From the NCBI GenBank assembly GCA_964188305.1, contig OZ076895.1: a DNA stretch of 64,000 bases. One strand, written 5' to 3'. Below the pieces are notes generated by a model, which saw only the letters and a program-made list of their open reading frames with translations, was not told the DNA's origin and made no database searches. The position numbers and the translations under genes were made by a program. Of this stretch, positions 49,238-62,229 are shown in pieces; the stretch's first letter is position 1, and each line of letters opens with the position of its first letter. Source of the DNA: Podarcis bocagei (lineage: Eukaryota).

Positions 49238-49865
49238 TTGGCAGCTCCACCCCCCCCCCACCCCCCGCAGCTGTAATATTCAGACCTGCTCTGCCACTTT
49301 TGCCTTCTTTTCTCCATCTGGCAGGTTCTCTGTGGGCCATCTCTAGACTTAGCCCTGTAAGGCTTTGCCCCCAGCTGTCTTTTTTTTCCTGCCTCCGCCC
49401 GCCCGCCCCCCCCCCCCGCCCTAGGGCTAGGCAAAATCCTTCATGTAAAACTCCCCTGCTTCTATAGCCTGGTTTATTCACTGGACAAACCAGATATGGG
49501 ACATTTCGTTGCCTTGTCTTCTGTCCTCATACACAGCTGTGTTCCTGAATAGGCTTTTGCCCATAAATGCTTGAGTCAGGAGGATAGCCAGGCCATTTCT
49601 AGTGCACAAGAGAAACTCTGCCTCAGATTCAATACATAGGGTGGGGGGAGAAAACACTTGTCACATATATGAGTGCAATGCATCACACAGCCATTGTGTT
49701 ATATGCTTCAAGTGCCATGGGAGTTGCTGCTCCTTACAGACTAAGGGAGGCTAAGCTGCTGCTCTCCGGATGTTGGGCTAGAACACCCATCATCTACAAC
49801 CATGCTGGCTGCGGCTGATGGGAATTAGAGTCCAACAACACCTGAAGGATTACAGGAAGATTCCC

Positions 49866-50275
49866 TAAGAACATATAACAACATAATAAGAGCTTGCTGA
49901 ATCAGACCTATGCATCTCAATTCTAGCATCCTGTTCTCACAGTGGCCACTCAGATGCCTGTGGGAAACCAGCAAACAGGACCTAGCGTACTCTCCCCTCC
50001 TGTGGTTTTCAGCAAGGGGTATTTAGAAGCATGCTACCTCCTACTGTGGAGGCAGAAAACAGCTATCATGGCTAGTAGTCATTGATAGCCTGAACCTCCA
50101 GGAATTTGTCCAATCCTCTTTTAAAGCCACTCAAATTAGGATTATTTTTATTATTTTATTATCTATGCTTTGCCCACCCAGCTGGGTTGCTCCAACCATT
50201 CTGGGCGGCTTCCAACAAGTTCTATAGTTGGCTTCGGACAGTATGAAGAACTTCCTTTAATCTGTCCTGAATTTC
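49866..50275 (-). mobile_element. CR1 LINE 3' fragment
   Basis: TAAGAACAT... tail and AGCATCCTGTTCTCACAGTGGCC; boundaries approximate. Confidence 0.65.
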
Positions 50276-52157
50276 CCTTACCCCTGTTATAGGCAAAGAG
50301 CCAATGTGATGCATGATTAGTATATTGGACTAGGTTTGTGGAAACACAGGTTCACATCCTCTTTGAGTCAATATGCTTACTGGGCAACTCTGAACCAATC
50401 ACTCTCTTTCAGCCTAGCCTTTCTCACATGTTGGATAAAATGCTAATGACAAACTTGTGTCTGTCCTTGGATAAAATTTCTTCTAGGTGTCCAGTATGCT
50501 TTAAATTTATTAATGAAAACTTGGGACTCCTCCAGACGACCTGTTTATTGAGCATTCATCCTGATTTGCTTGCCAGCTATACAGCAATGCACATTTATCC
50601 CAAATTCATCCTGATTTATATGTCCCAGTTGCGCATCCTACCCCTTTGCAGTGCAGTTCACCAACACTTTCCTAACTCCAACTAAGTGTTTGGAAGTTGT
50701 GATGGGCTGGATGTGGGCAATTAAATCGATGCTGAATTCAGAAAAGGCAGAGAGGCAAGGTGGAGTCCATAAAACTCCAGGAGAAGGAGGAGGAACTGGA
50801 AGAACCTGGGTGCCCAATGAACTGCAGTCTCTGTGTGAAGAAAGGAGCCATCCAGAGTCTCTGAAGGAGGTAAGTGTAGACAGGGAAGCTCATCTCATTA
50901 TGTAGACCCTTTTACCTCAGTATTTACTTACATAGAAATGTGGAGGAAATCTGGAATGGGGAAAAAAGAACGATTTTCCCTTCTTCGTGCCCGTTCCAGA
51001 AAAATGCTGAGTCTGAGCTGCCAGGAGAAAAAACTGCCTTGCTTAAGTATAGTAAGGTTTACTACTTGCAGGACAGCTCTTGAATGTGATCAGTGGTATG
51101 AACTGAGGTATTTAGAGCGTGCTGCAATACCGAATGCCTAATAGCTTTTGAGTTCTATATACTTTGTGGCTGTGACTACTTGTATAAGGAAGATGTCAGC
51201 AGTAGAAATGCACCTGCCCAGAGATGCCCAATAGGACAGTACAATTTTGTACTTTTTATTTTGTGCCTGGGACCCCCAACATGGAACCTATGGGTACCAT
51301 TACACTCTCAGACACTGCCCTTGGCATCTACCAAGACTGCCTATCCCTCACAATTTTTATTTTTTTTAAAGTTTTGTGTCCCCCAAAAGTTGGGAGCCTT
51401 TGCTTTCTACCCTGCTATAGCGAATCTGCCTTACCTGCAGCTTAATACTGCAAGCTCACCTATAGGACAAATTGAGCATTTATCCAAAGTACTGCCTGCG
51501 GTGGGATGCTGACTGAACACCCATATTCACAGCCTCTATGCCAACTGAATGACTGGAGGTTTTTACAGCTGCAATTTTGATTTGTAAAACCAGGTGGGAT
51601 GTGAGAAGACATTCTGGGACAGAGCAACAGTTCCAGGGATCAGCACTTGTCCAGTGTCCCAAGGACCACCAGAACTGTCACATTTACAGTATGTTGTTCT
51701 AGTGTAGTAAGACTGTGATGGAATTAAGTAATGGAGAGCTGCATTGTTCTGACCGACCTGTTCAGTTTAAGCTGCTGATTAGCTAAGTGGTCTAAAACAC
51801 ATTTTTGAAATAATAATAATCACAATGCTTTTTCATTAATTGCATTGGAGTTTGGGGGCCTTCCTCCTCATTTTCTATGCTGTTTTCCTCCACATTTGTG
51901 AAGAGTGGGTTCTTACATAATTTGTATTATGCTATAATGCATTATGCTTATGAGCTTAAAAATGATCCACCTCTTTATTACTCACTGTTTATCTCACATT
52001 GAATCTAATGTAAGAGCACGGGGGTGGGGTGGGGGAGAGAAAGATATAGAATGCCAAAGCTGTAGGTGTAAATATATATATATATATATTTGGTAACTAT
52101 AATAACATTGAAGAAATTGTTAAGCAGAAGTAGGCAACTGTCTTTGCCAATAGATTA

Positions 52158-52372
52158 CAGTGGTACCTCAGGTTACAGACGCTTCAGGTTACAGACTCCG
52201 CTAACCCAGAAATAGTACCTCAGGTTAAGAACTTTGCTTCAGGATGAGAACAGAAATTGCACGGCGGCAGCGGGAGGCCCCGTTAGCTAAAGTGATACCT
52301 CAGGTTAAGAACAGTTTCAGGTTAAGAATGGACCTCCAGAATGGATTAAGTTCTTAACCTGAGGTACCACTG
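52158..52372. mobile_element. Tigger-like MITE (family A) copy 3, opposite orientation to copies 1, 2 and 4
   Basis: Same TIRs, TA TSD. Confidence 0.88.
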
Positions 52373-52808
52373 TACTTGTAAACAAAGGCAGCAGGCTAAG
52401 CCTCACCATCCCTGCCTCTGAAGTGCAAGCATTTCCCTATAATTCATATTGATTCAGTGAACGCACAGCAGCTACCCAAAGCCCTCTGCGTCTTCACCTT
52501 TTGGGGCAATCAGCAATCAAAGACCTGGATGCACACACTATAGCCAGTGGCATGTTACTCGTTCAAGAAACTCTGAGCTGCTGGACCATTCTCTGCTTTG
52601 TGAGGAGTGAGGTGGTGGTAATAGTCTGGGCATGACTTGTTTGTACACTTCCCGTAGGCCAAAGGTGCGGAACAGAATCTGTCCACCCCACCCACAAGAG
52701 TCATTTTGAGAAGTCGGTGGGGCTACAGACCTGTCAATCACAAAGGAATATTTTTTCCCTTTGTGGATGCAGCTCGAGATCCTTTGCACTGCAGGCTTGA
52801 ATTAAAGT

Positions 52809-55139
52809 CAGGGGCGCCGACTTATAAAAAATATTGGGGGGGCCCATACCGGGGTCCTGCCGCTGGTTCGCTCGGGTAGCCGGGAGAACGCAGTTTGAGG
52901 TGGCGGTGTTGGGGAGAGACCCTCGCTCAGGGCGCCACTAGACTTGGCGGCCGGCGGCCTATCTGGGGGGTTTTGGAGCGTATTTCGGCGGAGCGATTGG
53001 GGAGGAGGGGGCTTGTTGCCGGATTCTTCAGCTGAGCCGGAGATCCGCTGCTGGGGGTCCCTGGGCCGAGTTGTGAGCACGGCCTGCTGAAGGGAGATCC
53101 AGCCGATTGCGCGACAGGGACGGCCGGGGCTCTCCGGCTAGGGCGCGCGGCTGGCTGGCTGGCGAGGGAGCAGGTGGGGAGGAGGCGGGGGTCCTCACTC
53201 TCTTAGGAAACGCACCCGTGCGCCCGATTGCCACGAAGTCCGAAGGGTGCGTGTGTGGAATTAAAAAGCAAAAACGAGATACGGGCAGGGCAGGCAAAGA
53301 GTTTTCTGCAAGAGGATGGAGGGCAGGTTGAAGAGAAAATCACTCAGGATGAGACAGTCAAATCAGCCATGATAAAATGGGCTCAGGATATTGGGTATAA
53401 CATCATGTTTGAGGACTGGGAAAGGTTATGGACCACCGGAATGAAATTCACGGCATGTAATGCCTTGAAGGAAAATATTATGAAAATGTTTTATAGGTGG
53501 TACATGACCCCAGTCAAGCTTGCAAAAATATATCACCTGTCTGATAATAAATGTTGGAAATGTAAGGAGGCTGAAGGGACATTCTTTCACCTCTGGTGGA
53601 CTTGTCCAAAAGTGAAGGCCTTCTGGGAAATGATCTATAATGAATTAAAAAAGGTATTTAAGTATACCTTTCCCAAGAAACCAGAGGCCTTCCTCTTGGG
53701 CATTGTTGGCCAGAAAGTGTTAAAGAAGGATAGAACTTTCTTTATGTATGCAACTACAGCAGCAAGAATACTTATCGCAAAATATTGGAAGACACAAGAT
53801 TTGCCCACACTGGAAGAGTGGCAGACGCAATTGATGGACTACATGGAACTGGCTGAAATGACTGGCAGAATCCGAGATTTGGGAGAAGAAACAACGGAAG
53901 ACTGGAAAAAAATTTAAGGACTATTTACAAAAACAATATAAGTTGTATGAATGTTAAAAATTTACACGATTCGGAAACTATAGCTTCAGCAATTAGATTT
54001 GGGAAACAGGAAATTATATTTTAAGTAAGAAAAGGTCAAAATCTAAGGTAATACTATGTTTAATTTAAGATATAAGTAACTGATGAAAAGTATGTTAAAT
54101 TTAGAGGTATAGTATTTGAAAAGTACAAAATAAGGTACGAAACAAGGTAATAATTTGCTGATATCTTTATTATAAAGAATGCAGGGTAAGGGAGATGCGA
54201 GGAAGTCCAGTTAGTTATATAAAAAATGTGTTGAATGGTTGGTTTTCTTTTCTTCTTTTTCTTTTTTTTCTTTTTCTTGTTCTTTTACTTTTTTCTTCAG
54301 TGTATGTTTCTAACTTTGTATTTGAAAACTTAATAAAATATTTATAAAAAAAGAAGAAGAGAAAATCCTTTCGCTTTTCTGGGGCGCAGGGAAGTCTCAG
54401 AGCCGGAGGTTGGGGAAGGGACCCCCTTTGCTCTGCCCTCTTCTCCCGTCTTAGATTTGCATGGGGGTCCCCGCCCAAGCTTGCCTGGCCACCGGGCCAC
54501 ACAAGGGCCGCGCTCTACGCGGCGCACCTTGCTAGCCGCGCAGCTGTCCTCCGCGGCTGCGGAGCGGCCCTGCGCCGGTGCCCAGCCCCTCTGGGCGCCC
54601 GCTGCGCTGCCAATGACAAGCGGGCGACGTCGCGGGCGGGGAAGGCGTCGCTTTCTTTCCCGATCCTGCATCCTCCCAGTCTTCCAGCCCTTTTTTGGGT
54701 TGGAAGCTCGTCTCGTTCGCCCTTCTCCTTTCTTCACCCTGCGCGCAATTTTCCTCCCTCGTCTCCCTCCCCATTTCTCCTTCCTTCCTGACTGACCGAC
54801 TGACGGGCTTGGGCTCGGGCTCCGGGTCGGGCTCAGGCTCGGGCTCGGGCAGCCACAGCGTCGGCGGTGTTGGCGATCGGCGGCGCGGGGGGATGGCCCT
54901 CCCGGGGGAGCCGGCGCTGCTCAATGGGGTTGCCAAGGAGACAGGCCGGCCGCCCCCTCCCCCGGCCCGGCGCCCCCCGCCGCACCGGTGCCCGTTATCG
55001 AGCTGGTGCGCGCCGGGCGCCCTATAAAAGCCGCGGACGCGCCCACCGCCGCCCGAGATTATTGGGGGGGCTGAGCCCCCCCAAACGAATTTTTGAGGGG
55101 GCTCGGGCCCCCTCAAGCCCCATGGAGTCGGCGCCTATG
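52809..55139. mobile_element. Non-autonomous hAT element carrying GC-rich cargo (Pack-TIR-like)
   Basis: TIRs CAGGGGCGCCGACT / AGTCGGCGCCTATG (12/14). Perfect 8-bp TSD ATTAAAGT (52801-52808, 55140-55147). Confidence 0.85.
53342..54355 (+). mobile_element. 5'-truncated L1 LINE (ORF2 C-terminus plus 3' UTR) nested in the hAT element
   Basis: CWKC..HLWWTC cysteine-rich C-terminal motif, AATAAA at 54332 and an A-rich tail. 12-bp TSD GAAGAGAAAATC (53330-53341, 54356-54367). Confidence 0.92.
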
Positions 55140-55148
55140 ATTAAAGTA

Positions 55149-55390
55149 CAGTGGTACCTCAGGTTAAGTACTTAATTCGTACCGGAGGTCCATACTTAAC
55201 CTGAAACTGTTCTTAACCTGAAGCACCACTTTAGCTAATGGGGCCTCCTGCTGCTTCTGTGCCGCCGGAGCACGATTTCTGTTCTCATCCTGAAGCAAAG
55301 TTCTTAACCTGAAGCAATATTTCTGGGTTAGCTTAGTCTGTAACCTGAAGCGTATGTAACCTGAAGCGTATGTAACCCGAGGTACCACTG
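55149..55390. mobile_element. Tigger-like MITE (family A) copy 4, abutting the hAT TSD
   Basis: Same TIRs. The left TA (55147-55148) overlaps the last base of the hAT TSD. Confidence 0.88.
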
Positions 55391-57243
55391 TAGGTGATTC
55401 CAAGGAAGAATCAAGAACATCTTCCTTTGCATTGTGACTGTGGGGATGGGAAGGAGGGATGCCAGTACAGATGTCTTGGGATCTCTGCTAACTTCAAGGG
55501 AATGTTTTAACTTGCACCACTTCGTTTGAAGGTGTAACATGATGCCAGGTGGAGAGGAATGCATGGTACCAACCTCTAAATAAGCCTAGGGTTTAAAGCC
55601 AGGCTTGTTCCATCCCCACCAAGCCCCAGCCACCTTGAGTTTTTCCTGTTGAACCACTAACGTAACAGTGGAGTTTACAGTCATGCTGGCATTATGTAGT
55701 GCCTACACAAAAGAATTGCAACAGCAGTCTACATCTACAACCCCATTATATCTTTGTGTTGCACCCAGCAAGAGAATTTTTTTTTTTACCACAATCCTGT
55801 TCTCTTCTAGTAAGTGTAACTCGAAGAAAGGATTGCACTGTTAGGTTTTTAGAGATCTCATATTTAACAATGTTATTTGATATGTCGGTTGCCATTGTAT
55901 TTTAGCTGCTGTGTTCAGTTGTAATCTTATTATGATTATGTTAACAACTCGGCACATTTTATGTGTCTGGGAAGCATATAAATTTAAGAAACTATAAATC
56001 TTGAAAGTGGAATCAGTGTCTTTTTCTTGGTGGAGTTCCTTTGTCAATTTCACTCCAAATGGTATCTGACAAGCCCCATACTAGTCCTATGGGATTTGAA
56101 TAATGTTTTAAACTCTTTTTACCCATCTCTTTCATCCAATGGGAGGAAGATCTGTCTAACAGCCAGCTTTGTTTCAGCACCCTCCATAGCAGATCTTATC
56201 AAATATATGTCAAAGCCTTTGCTGAAGTCATGACAGCTGAAAGCTCCCTTCTCATATGTCTACATTTTACAGCTGTGATTTCCATTATTTGAATTGGAAA
56301 CTGTCTTAATAACCTGGGTACTACAGGCTGTAAAATTATAAGAGAGTCCTTAAAATTAAAAAATGAATATATTGCATCTCTGGCTAAACATTTTCTGTCT
56401 ATATAGGAAGGCTGATAGGTATTTACTTTTAATGTTTTTGTTAGTGTCTGGATGCTTTGCTAACACACAGTATACATGCAATCAACATTTTCTCACTTTA
56501 CTTGTGCCGATTACAGGTGTCAAGATGTACAGGCAAATTTACATTTTAAATCAGGGTTTCCACAATGTATACCAAGGGCATTTTTAGAAGTAGCACCAAG
56601 AACTTTCTGTTTCCAGAGCATCACTCCTATCAATAATATGAAATTGAAAATGGAAAGATTATTTTAAAATGGAAAGTCATTTTAAAAGGTTGTTTGTTTG
56701 TTTGTTTGCTTGCTTGCTTGCTTAGGAGAGTTATATCCTGCTTTTTTACTTGAGTCCTCAAAGTGACTAACAGCATTTATAAAACATAGCAGATACATTA
56801 AACTGCACTGAAGCAGTGTTCAAAAATATAAAACAAAAAAGCCAGGACTCTCAGTCACCTTCCCCTGGCCAAAGGAACTGAGTACCACCCATCCTACTAC
56901 ACTAGTCCAATGGAACAGAGAGCAGAGCAGGTAGAAGGCTGAGGAACACAGACATGCCCATCTAGGGTTGGCCCTTAAGGACTGCAGTTCTCATAAAGTG
57001 GGTGGAGCCCAAGAGATGGACTGGAGGCAGAAGGCCTTGGTCCACCTCTGTTAAGAGTTAAGTTGCTCACTCGGACATCTTCATGGTGCTGCTACCTTGC
57101 CCAAACCACTCACCACACCACCAGTCTGCTATGTAATGGAAGAGTTCCAAGGAGTAGATGCCAGATTTCCATATTGTGTATATTCCATATTGTGTGGAAT
57201 CAATTTCTTGATAAGATGGTATCTGGAAGATGCTCTATCCTGC

Positions 57244-57372
57244 AGAGTTGGAAGGCCCATGAAGGACATCTAGTCCAAGCCCCTGCAATACAGGAATCTT
57301 TTGCCCAACATGTGGCTCAGACCCACAACCCTGAGATTATGAATCTCATGCTCTTACCAGCTGAGCTATCCC
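57244..57372 (-). mobile_element. tRNA-head / CR1-tail SINE (Squam3-like)
   Basis: Minus strand reads GGATAGCTCAGCTGGTAAGAGCATGAG...GGACTAGATG...CCTTCCAACTCT. Confidence 0.72.
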
Positions 57373-59846
57373 ACTGCCCTCAAGTTGAGTATCAGTTGAG
57401 TGTATATGGGATGAGAGCATCTTTCAGGTATTCTGGTCTCAAGTTGTATAGTTTTGTACACTTTGAATGTAGCCTGATTGCTGACTGGCTGCCAATGCAA
57501 ATTGTGGATTATATCACTTAAATTGTATGCATTTCAGTAGCTTACCATATTCAGAGAAGGCCAGTTTGTAGCACATCAGTAAATAAAGACAACAGAGTTG
57601 ACACAAGACAATTTGTTGCCTGTGGCACATCAAGCAATGAAGCCCACCTACCTCAAGTCAAGGTGCAGTATCCAAAGCTGGTCAAGTAATTTTGGCACCC
57701 GAGGCAGAAAAGTGTCTGTAACAATAATATTACAGATAGCAATTTGCTATCCTTTTTGACACCCAAAAACAGCTACCTGAGGCGACTGTCTCATTCTGCC
57801 TAATGGTAGGAGCATCCCTTTTAATCTTTTTAAAAATGTCACTTTACAAGCTTTACAATCTGCTTCTTGTCCATTCCCAGTAATTAGGCCAGCATCACTA
57901 CAGCCGCTCCAGGCAATGACAGGCAGGGGCTAGCCGGTGTGTGCTCCGGTCCAGCCCATGCTCTATTCAGGCACAAAGCCTCATTGTTAGCCAGAAAGTG
58001 GTAATTCATTTAAATAAATGAAATGTAAGGTGTTATTTTTCTTTGGACAGGGTACAATCTCCTGTTGAACATATATAAAGGCTCTGTTTACTGTTTGCCA
58101 TCTAAAGATTATACTTGCAACACCATGTTTCGATATCCATTTCTTCCTGTTCTCTGTTGAAGGAAATCCTGTGTTTGTAAAGGAAGCTTGTCGCAATTCA
58201 TCACAGCTATGAATGCAAGGAGTGAGGTTTGCTTCACATAAGAAATTGTGTTTGCCACAGCTACACAGGTGCTTCACCAGCATCTCCTCGCAGTAAATGT
58301 GTGTAGTGTGAAAGGCAGACATTTCCAAAATAAATAATAATAATTATTATTTTTACCCCACCCATCTGGCATGCATCAAGAATCCTGGCATGTCTTCTTG
58401 AATATTTAAGGAGATGGATTCAAGGTTCAAAGCAATGTAAGGAAAGATTATACCCTCCATAAATTATTAAGAGAATCCTTCATTGTGTCTGTCAATGTTA
58501 CTGAGAATAGCCTGCCACCTGCTGGACTGTGGAATAGAGAAATACTTTCTCTCTGAAACTTCTGGACAATAGCAGAGATGAGGAACTGGATGAAGCGAGC
58601 TTCATGGCTGAGTAGAGATCTCCCCCCACCCCCAAACGCAGGTCACACTGGTCCTAGTCTGAACCAGGATCAAGTTGCTGTCCTGACTTGTCAACAAATT
58701 GTGACTTCAACAAACCACCATTTAGATCTTTAGCTTTAGATATCTTCCTCCTGCACATGATGGACAAGGAACAGCGTGCAAGTCCAAGGCTCATACTGGC
58801 TTTTTCTTATAACAGCAAAACCACAATTACTTTTTAAGTCTCTCTTACTACTCAATAAGCCATATACTATAAGCTAATTGTGGTCAATTTTTAAACTCTT
58901 AGGCTGTGATCCTATAGTGTGTAGAAACCTACCTGGGAGTAAATCCCATTGAAGTCAATGGAACTTCTGAATAGACTGTGCTGTTGAACAATTTAATGGT
59001 CTCACTTACTCCTTTTTTCACTCTTCTTACTCCAATTTTCATTCCTCCATTGGGCATTGGGTTTTTCCAAACCCCGATTCAAATTCCAGCTGTCTCATTG
59101 CAGTGATGATGCTAGCTACTTAAATGGGTTAGAGATTCTCCTTTTTGTTGGAGTGATAATGTTCCAAACAATTTAGTTGGTTAAACTCCATGGCTAACTG
59201 AAAAATAAAATATTCTTCTGAACAAAAGGAATTCCTAATATAGCCCATTATATTTGTAGAAATTATTATAGATTCTGACAGACATTGGTGCCAACAATAT
59301 TGGAAATGCATCGAGCATAGTGTGGGAAAACCTCACTACTAAAAACTTGTAATCAACAGAGATGCACCTTCTGTAACTAACAATATTTTGTTTATGTAAG
59401 CAAGTACTACAGATAGTATGCCCCCAAAGGGGGGGGGGGCTGTAAGTGAAAAAGACTGTCAGAGGCTGCTTGTTATCATCTCCATCCAGCTGCAAAGAGA
59501 AGATTAATTCTTCCACCTGGCTGAAACATGCAAAATGCAGAGGGCAACAACAACAAATATATCCTTCCCTCTGTAGTGAAAAAAGAAGCAGAATGCTGAT
59601 GCAAGCAACACACTGATAATTGGAGTAGTGACAGTTGCTTGAAATCTGGGTTGGGTTTCCCTGCTGCTTTATAACACATAGAAAGCATGCTCAAGAGAAC
59701 ATCATACTAGAGACAGCCTACAAAAAATTCAAACAATTTTATTTCCAGTAGTGATATAAACATAATAGTCAACTGAATCACTGACAGTTTCAGTGTCACT
59801 TGGAAGACCTTTTGATGCCCACAGGCCAATGCTGCTTCTTAGTTTT

Positions 59847-62029
59847 GGACTTCCGGGGTGGTGCCACCGGCAATGGCGGACTCCCTCTGAACTGGAGGGA
59901 CTGGCTCCGCGGTAAACAGGGTCTTCTCCGCTACGGCGAAGCGGGGACCCTTTTAAAATCACAGGCAGATGAAGCCTGTGATCGTGGGACTCGGCGGGCA
60001 CCTCTAGCGCCCCCCCCCAATCCGCTAAGGAACCCACCAACGGGCTCCGAAGTGAGGAGGGGGAAGCGGCGCGGTGCTGTGAGTTAATCGCTATTTCCAT
60101 GGAGCGAAGCCACATAGCCGTTGCCGGAGAGCGCTGCCTTTTTCCTGGGACAATTTAGACTTTAAAATAAGCATCTGTGAGTACCCGAAATTTGAACAAT
60201 TGGATATTAAACAAAGATTTGTGAGTAGGACAGAACCGGACTTTAAAAATTCAACTTGAATTTGGCACGGAACGGAAAGGGCTAAACAGGAAGTCACCCT
60301 TCCGTTCTTTTGTGAATAGAATAAAGCAAAGGCAATTTAATCTAGAGCTTAGAAAATCGTCTTTAAAAGATTGGATTTCAACATTTTAAATTGTGAATCT
60401 TTTTCTTTGGACTGTTTCAAGTGACTTTAAAGGGAAGTAACTTTCCTCTGTCCTGATCCTGGAGCGGGGTGTTAGGACTGACGTGGAAGCTCATTGACCA
60501 AAGACAACTGCTTTTTGACAGATAGTTAAAAGAAGAGAAATTTTGCGATTCCATTGCTCCCTTTCGCACTCTAAAGGAATATATACAGACAAAGTATCTC
60601 AAAAAATGAATTTTGTAGCAAGAAATAACCATAAGTCTTCCCCCTAGGGGAAGTTTGTGAAATTGTAACTAAGTCCAGCAAACTGACAGCTGTTACAGAA
60701 TAACCGTGGGAACAAGTGCGTGACCTTGCAGGACAATGCATTCAGAAGCCTTGTTGTGTGCTTTTTACAAAACAAATGCTCTACTGGAAGAATTACATGA
60801 AAAGGTGAACTGGATGGTGACTTCGACTAGAAATCTTCAACAGGCAGTGGACCAGACAGTGGGAAAATATGTGGAGCCCACTCAGGATTTAAACCAGGAG
60901 TGTGTCTTGACAGAACAGGAGGTTGTGGCATTAAATCAGGAGTGTGTTTTGACAGAACAGACCCAACAGGAATATGATCTTTTGGATTGGACAAATGAAT
61001 TTGGAAAAAGCCACATCTGGAAAGGAAAAGCCTGGTGTGGTGTGGAAATGGGGGGCTGGATTGACCCCCCTATGTTGGGATGTCTGGACTTTTTAAATAA
61101 GGGCTGCAAAATGTTTGGGACTACGGGGGCTCTCAATTTTGGAGGGCCTTTGAAACATTCTTTTAAAGTCTACATGGAATGCAGCGACGAATACGGGAAA
61201 GGGTCTGATCTGTCGAGAAGGGTTAAAAACATTGTCAAGTTGGGGCCAACACGAGCAAGAGACATTGTCAAGCTGGAGTTACCACGAGCAGGAGATAAGG
61301 GAAATTACAGCTACAAATATGAAGAAGAGCTGCGGAAGGGCCATGGAAGTGACTTGAGGGCCTCGGACATAAGGTCACCAGGTTAATGGGCTTGACTGAG
61401 GGGAATAAGGACTGACAAAACCCGGAACCAGGAGGAAGGGACGTTGGATAAAAATTGGATTTGTTTGTACCTTCCTTTCTTTCTTTCTTTCTTTTCATTA
61501 CTAGAATGTTTTGTAAAGTTGATGAATGATAGAAAAATGTTGGAAGAAATTACCTGGCTCTAGCAAAGATGCTTAAAGAATTATGAAAGAATATTATGAT
61601 TATAAGAAGCTGGTAAGGTTAAAATTTAAATTTTAAATTTTAAGGTTTATTCTATTATAGAAAGATAAGATCATAATAGTCTAGGGTAATGTAATGATAA
61701 AGGATTTGCTGGGATAATTAATACAAAGGAAGGGAGGAGGAGGAGGTCCAAGAAAGAAGGCTATGACAGTTAAGGGTCTGGAAATAATGAATTTGTTTTT
61801 AAATGTTTTTAAAGGTTAGGGATTTTTGCATTTTTGTCTTTTTTTGTTTTCTTATTTTGGAATTTTCTTTTTTCCTTTTTTTCTCATTCTTTTCTTTTTT
61901 TTACACGGTGGGAGGGGTTGCGTTTTTCTTTTTCTTTTTACTCTGTTAACTATTTTAATTCTTTGTATTTTTTGTGTTTTCACTTTTGTAACATTTTGAA
62001 AACTTTAATAAATATCTTATTAAAAAAAA
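59847..62029 (+). mobile_element. Full-length but ORF2-less L1-like (HAL1-like) non-autonomous retroelement
   Basis: GACTTCCGG GC-rich 5' end. L1-type 3' UTR (purine tract, T-rich tract, AATAAA, A-tail) resembling that of the L1 at 53342-54355. 16-bp TSD CCAATGCTGCTTCTTA (59826-59841, 62030-62045). Confidence 0.82.
60736..61386 (+). CDS. 216-aa ORF of the HAL1-like element; N-terminus coiled-coil/ORF1-like, remainder unrecognised
   Basis: ATG-initiated open frame with a heptad-like LLEELHEKVN..LQQAVD segment and two frame-preserving internal repeats. Confidence 0.5.
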   Translation: MHSEALLCAFYKTNALLEELHEKVNWMVTSTRNLQQAVDQTVGKYVEPTQDLNQECVLTEQEVVALNQECVLTEQTQQEYDLLDWTNEFGKSHIWKGKAWCGVEMGGWIDPPMLGCLDFLNKGCKMFGTTGALNFGGPLKHSFKVYMECSDEYGKGSDLSRRVKNIVKLGPTRARDIVKLELPRAGDKGNYSYKYEEELRKGHGSDLRASDIRSPG

Positions 62030-62229
62030 CCAATGCTGCTTCTTATTTTTATTTTATTAGCCAGTCACTTTAATGATTCTCTGTATTGTTTTTAATGGTG
62101 TTTTCTGTTGTACACCACCCCAATCTTTTATGAAATGACAATACATTCATACCTTTATAAATACCTTTATATAAAAGGGTCATGGCTCATTTGCAAAGTT
62201 CTGCAGATCATCAGCAGAAAATCTAAATA

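Noticed and set aside
53228-53917. 229-aa standalone or chimeric gene
   Set aside because: Non-ATG start; it is a truncated L1 ORF2 tail fortuitously in frame with flanking DNA.
52850-55060. Native CpG-island promoter of a neighbouring divergent gene (e.g. OSBPL8)
   Set aside because: The block is bounded by TIRs and a perfect 8-bp TSD, and I found no exons of such a gene in the window.
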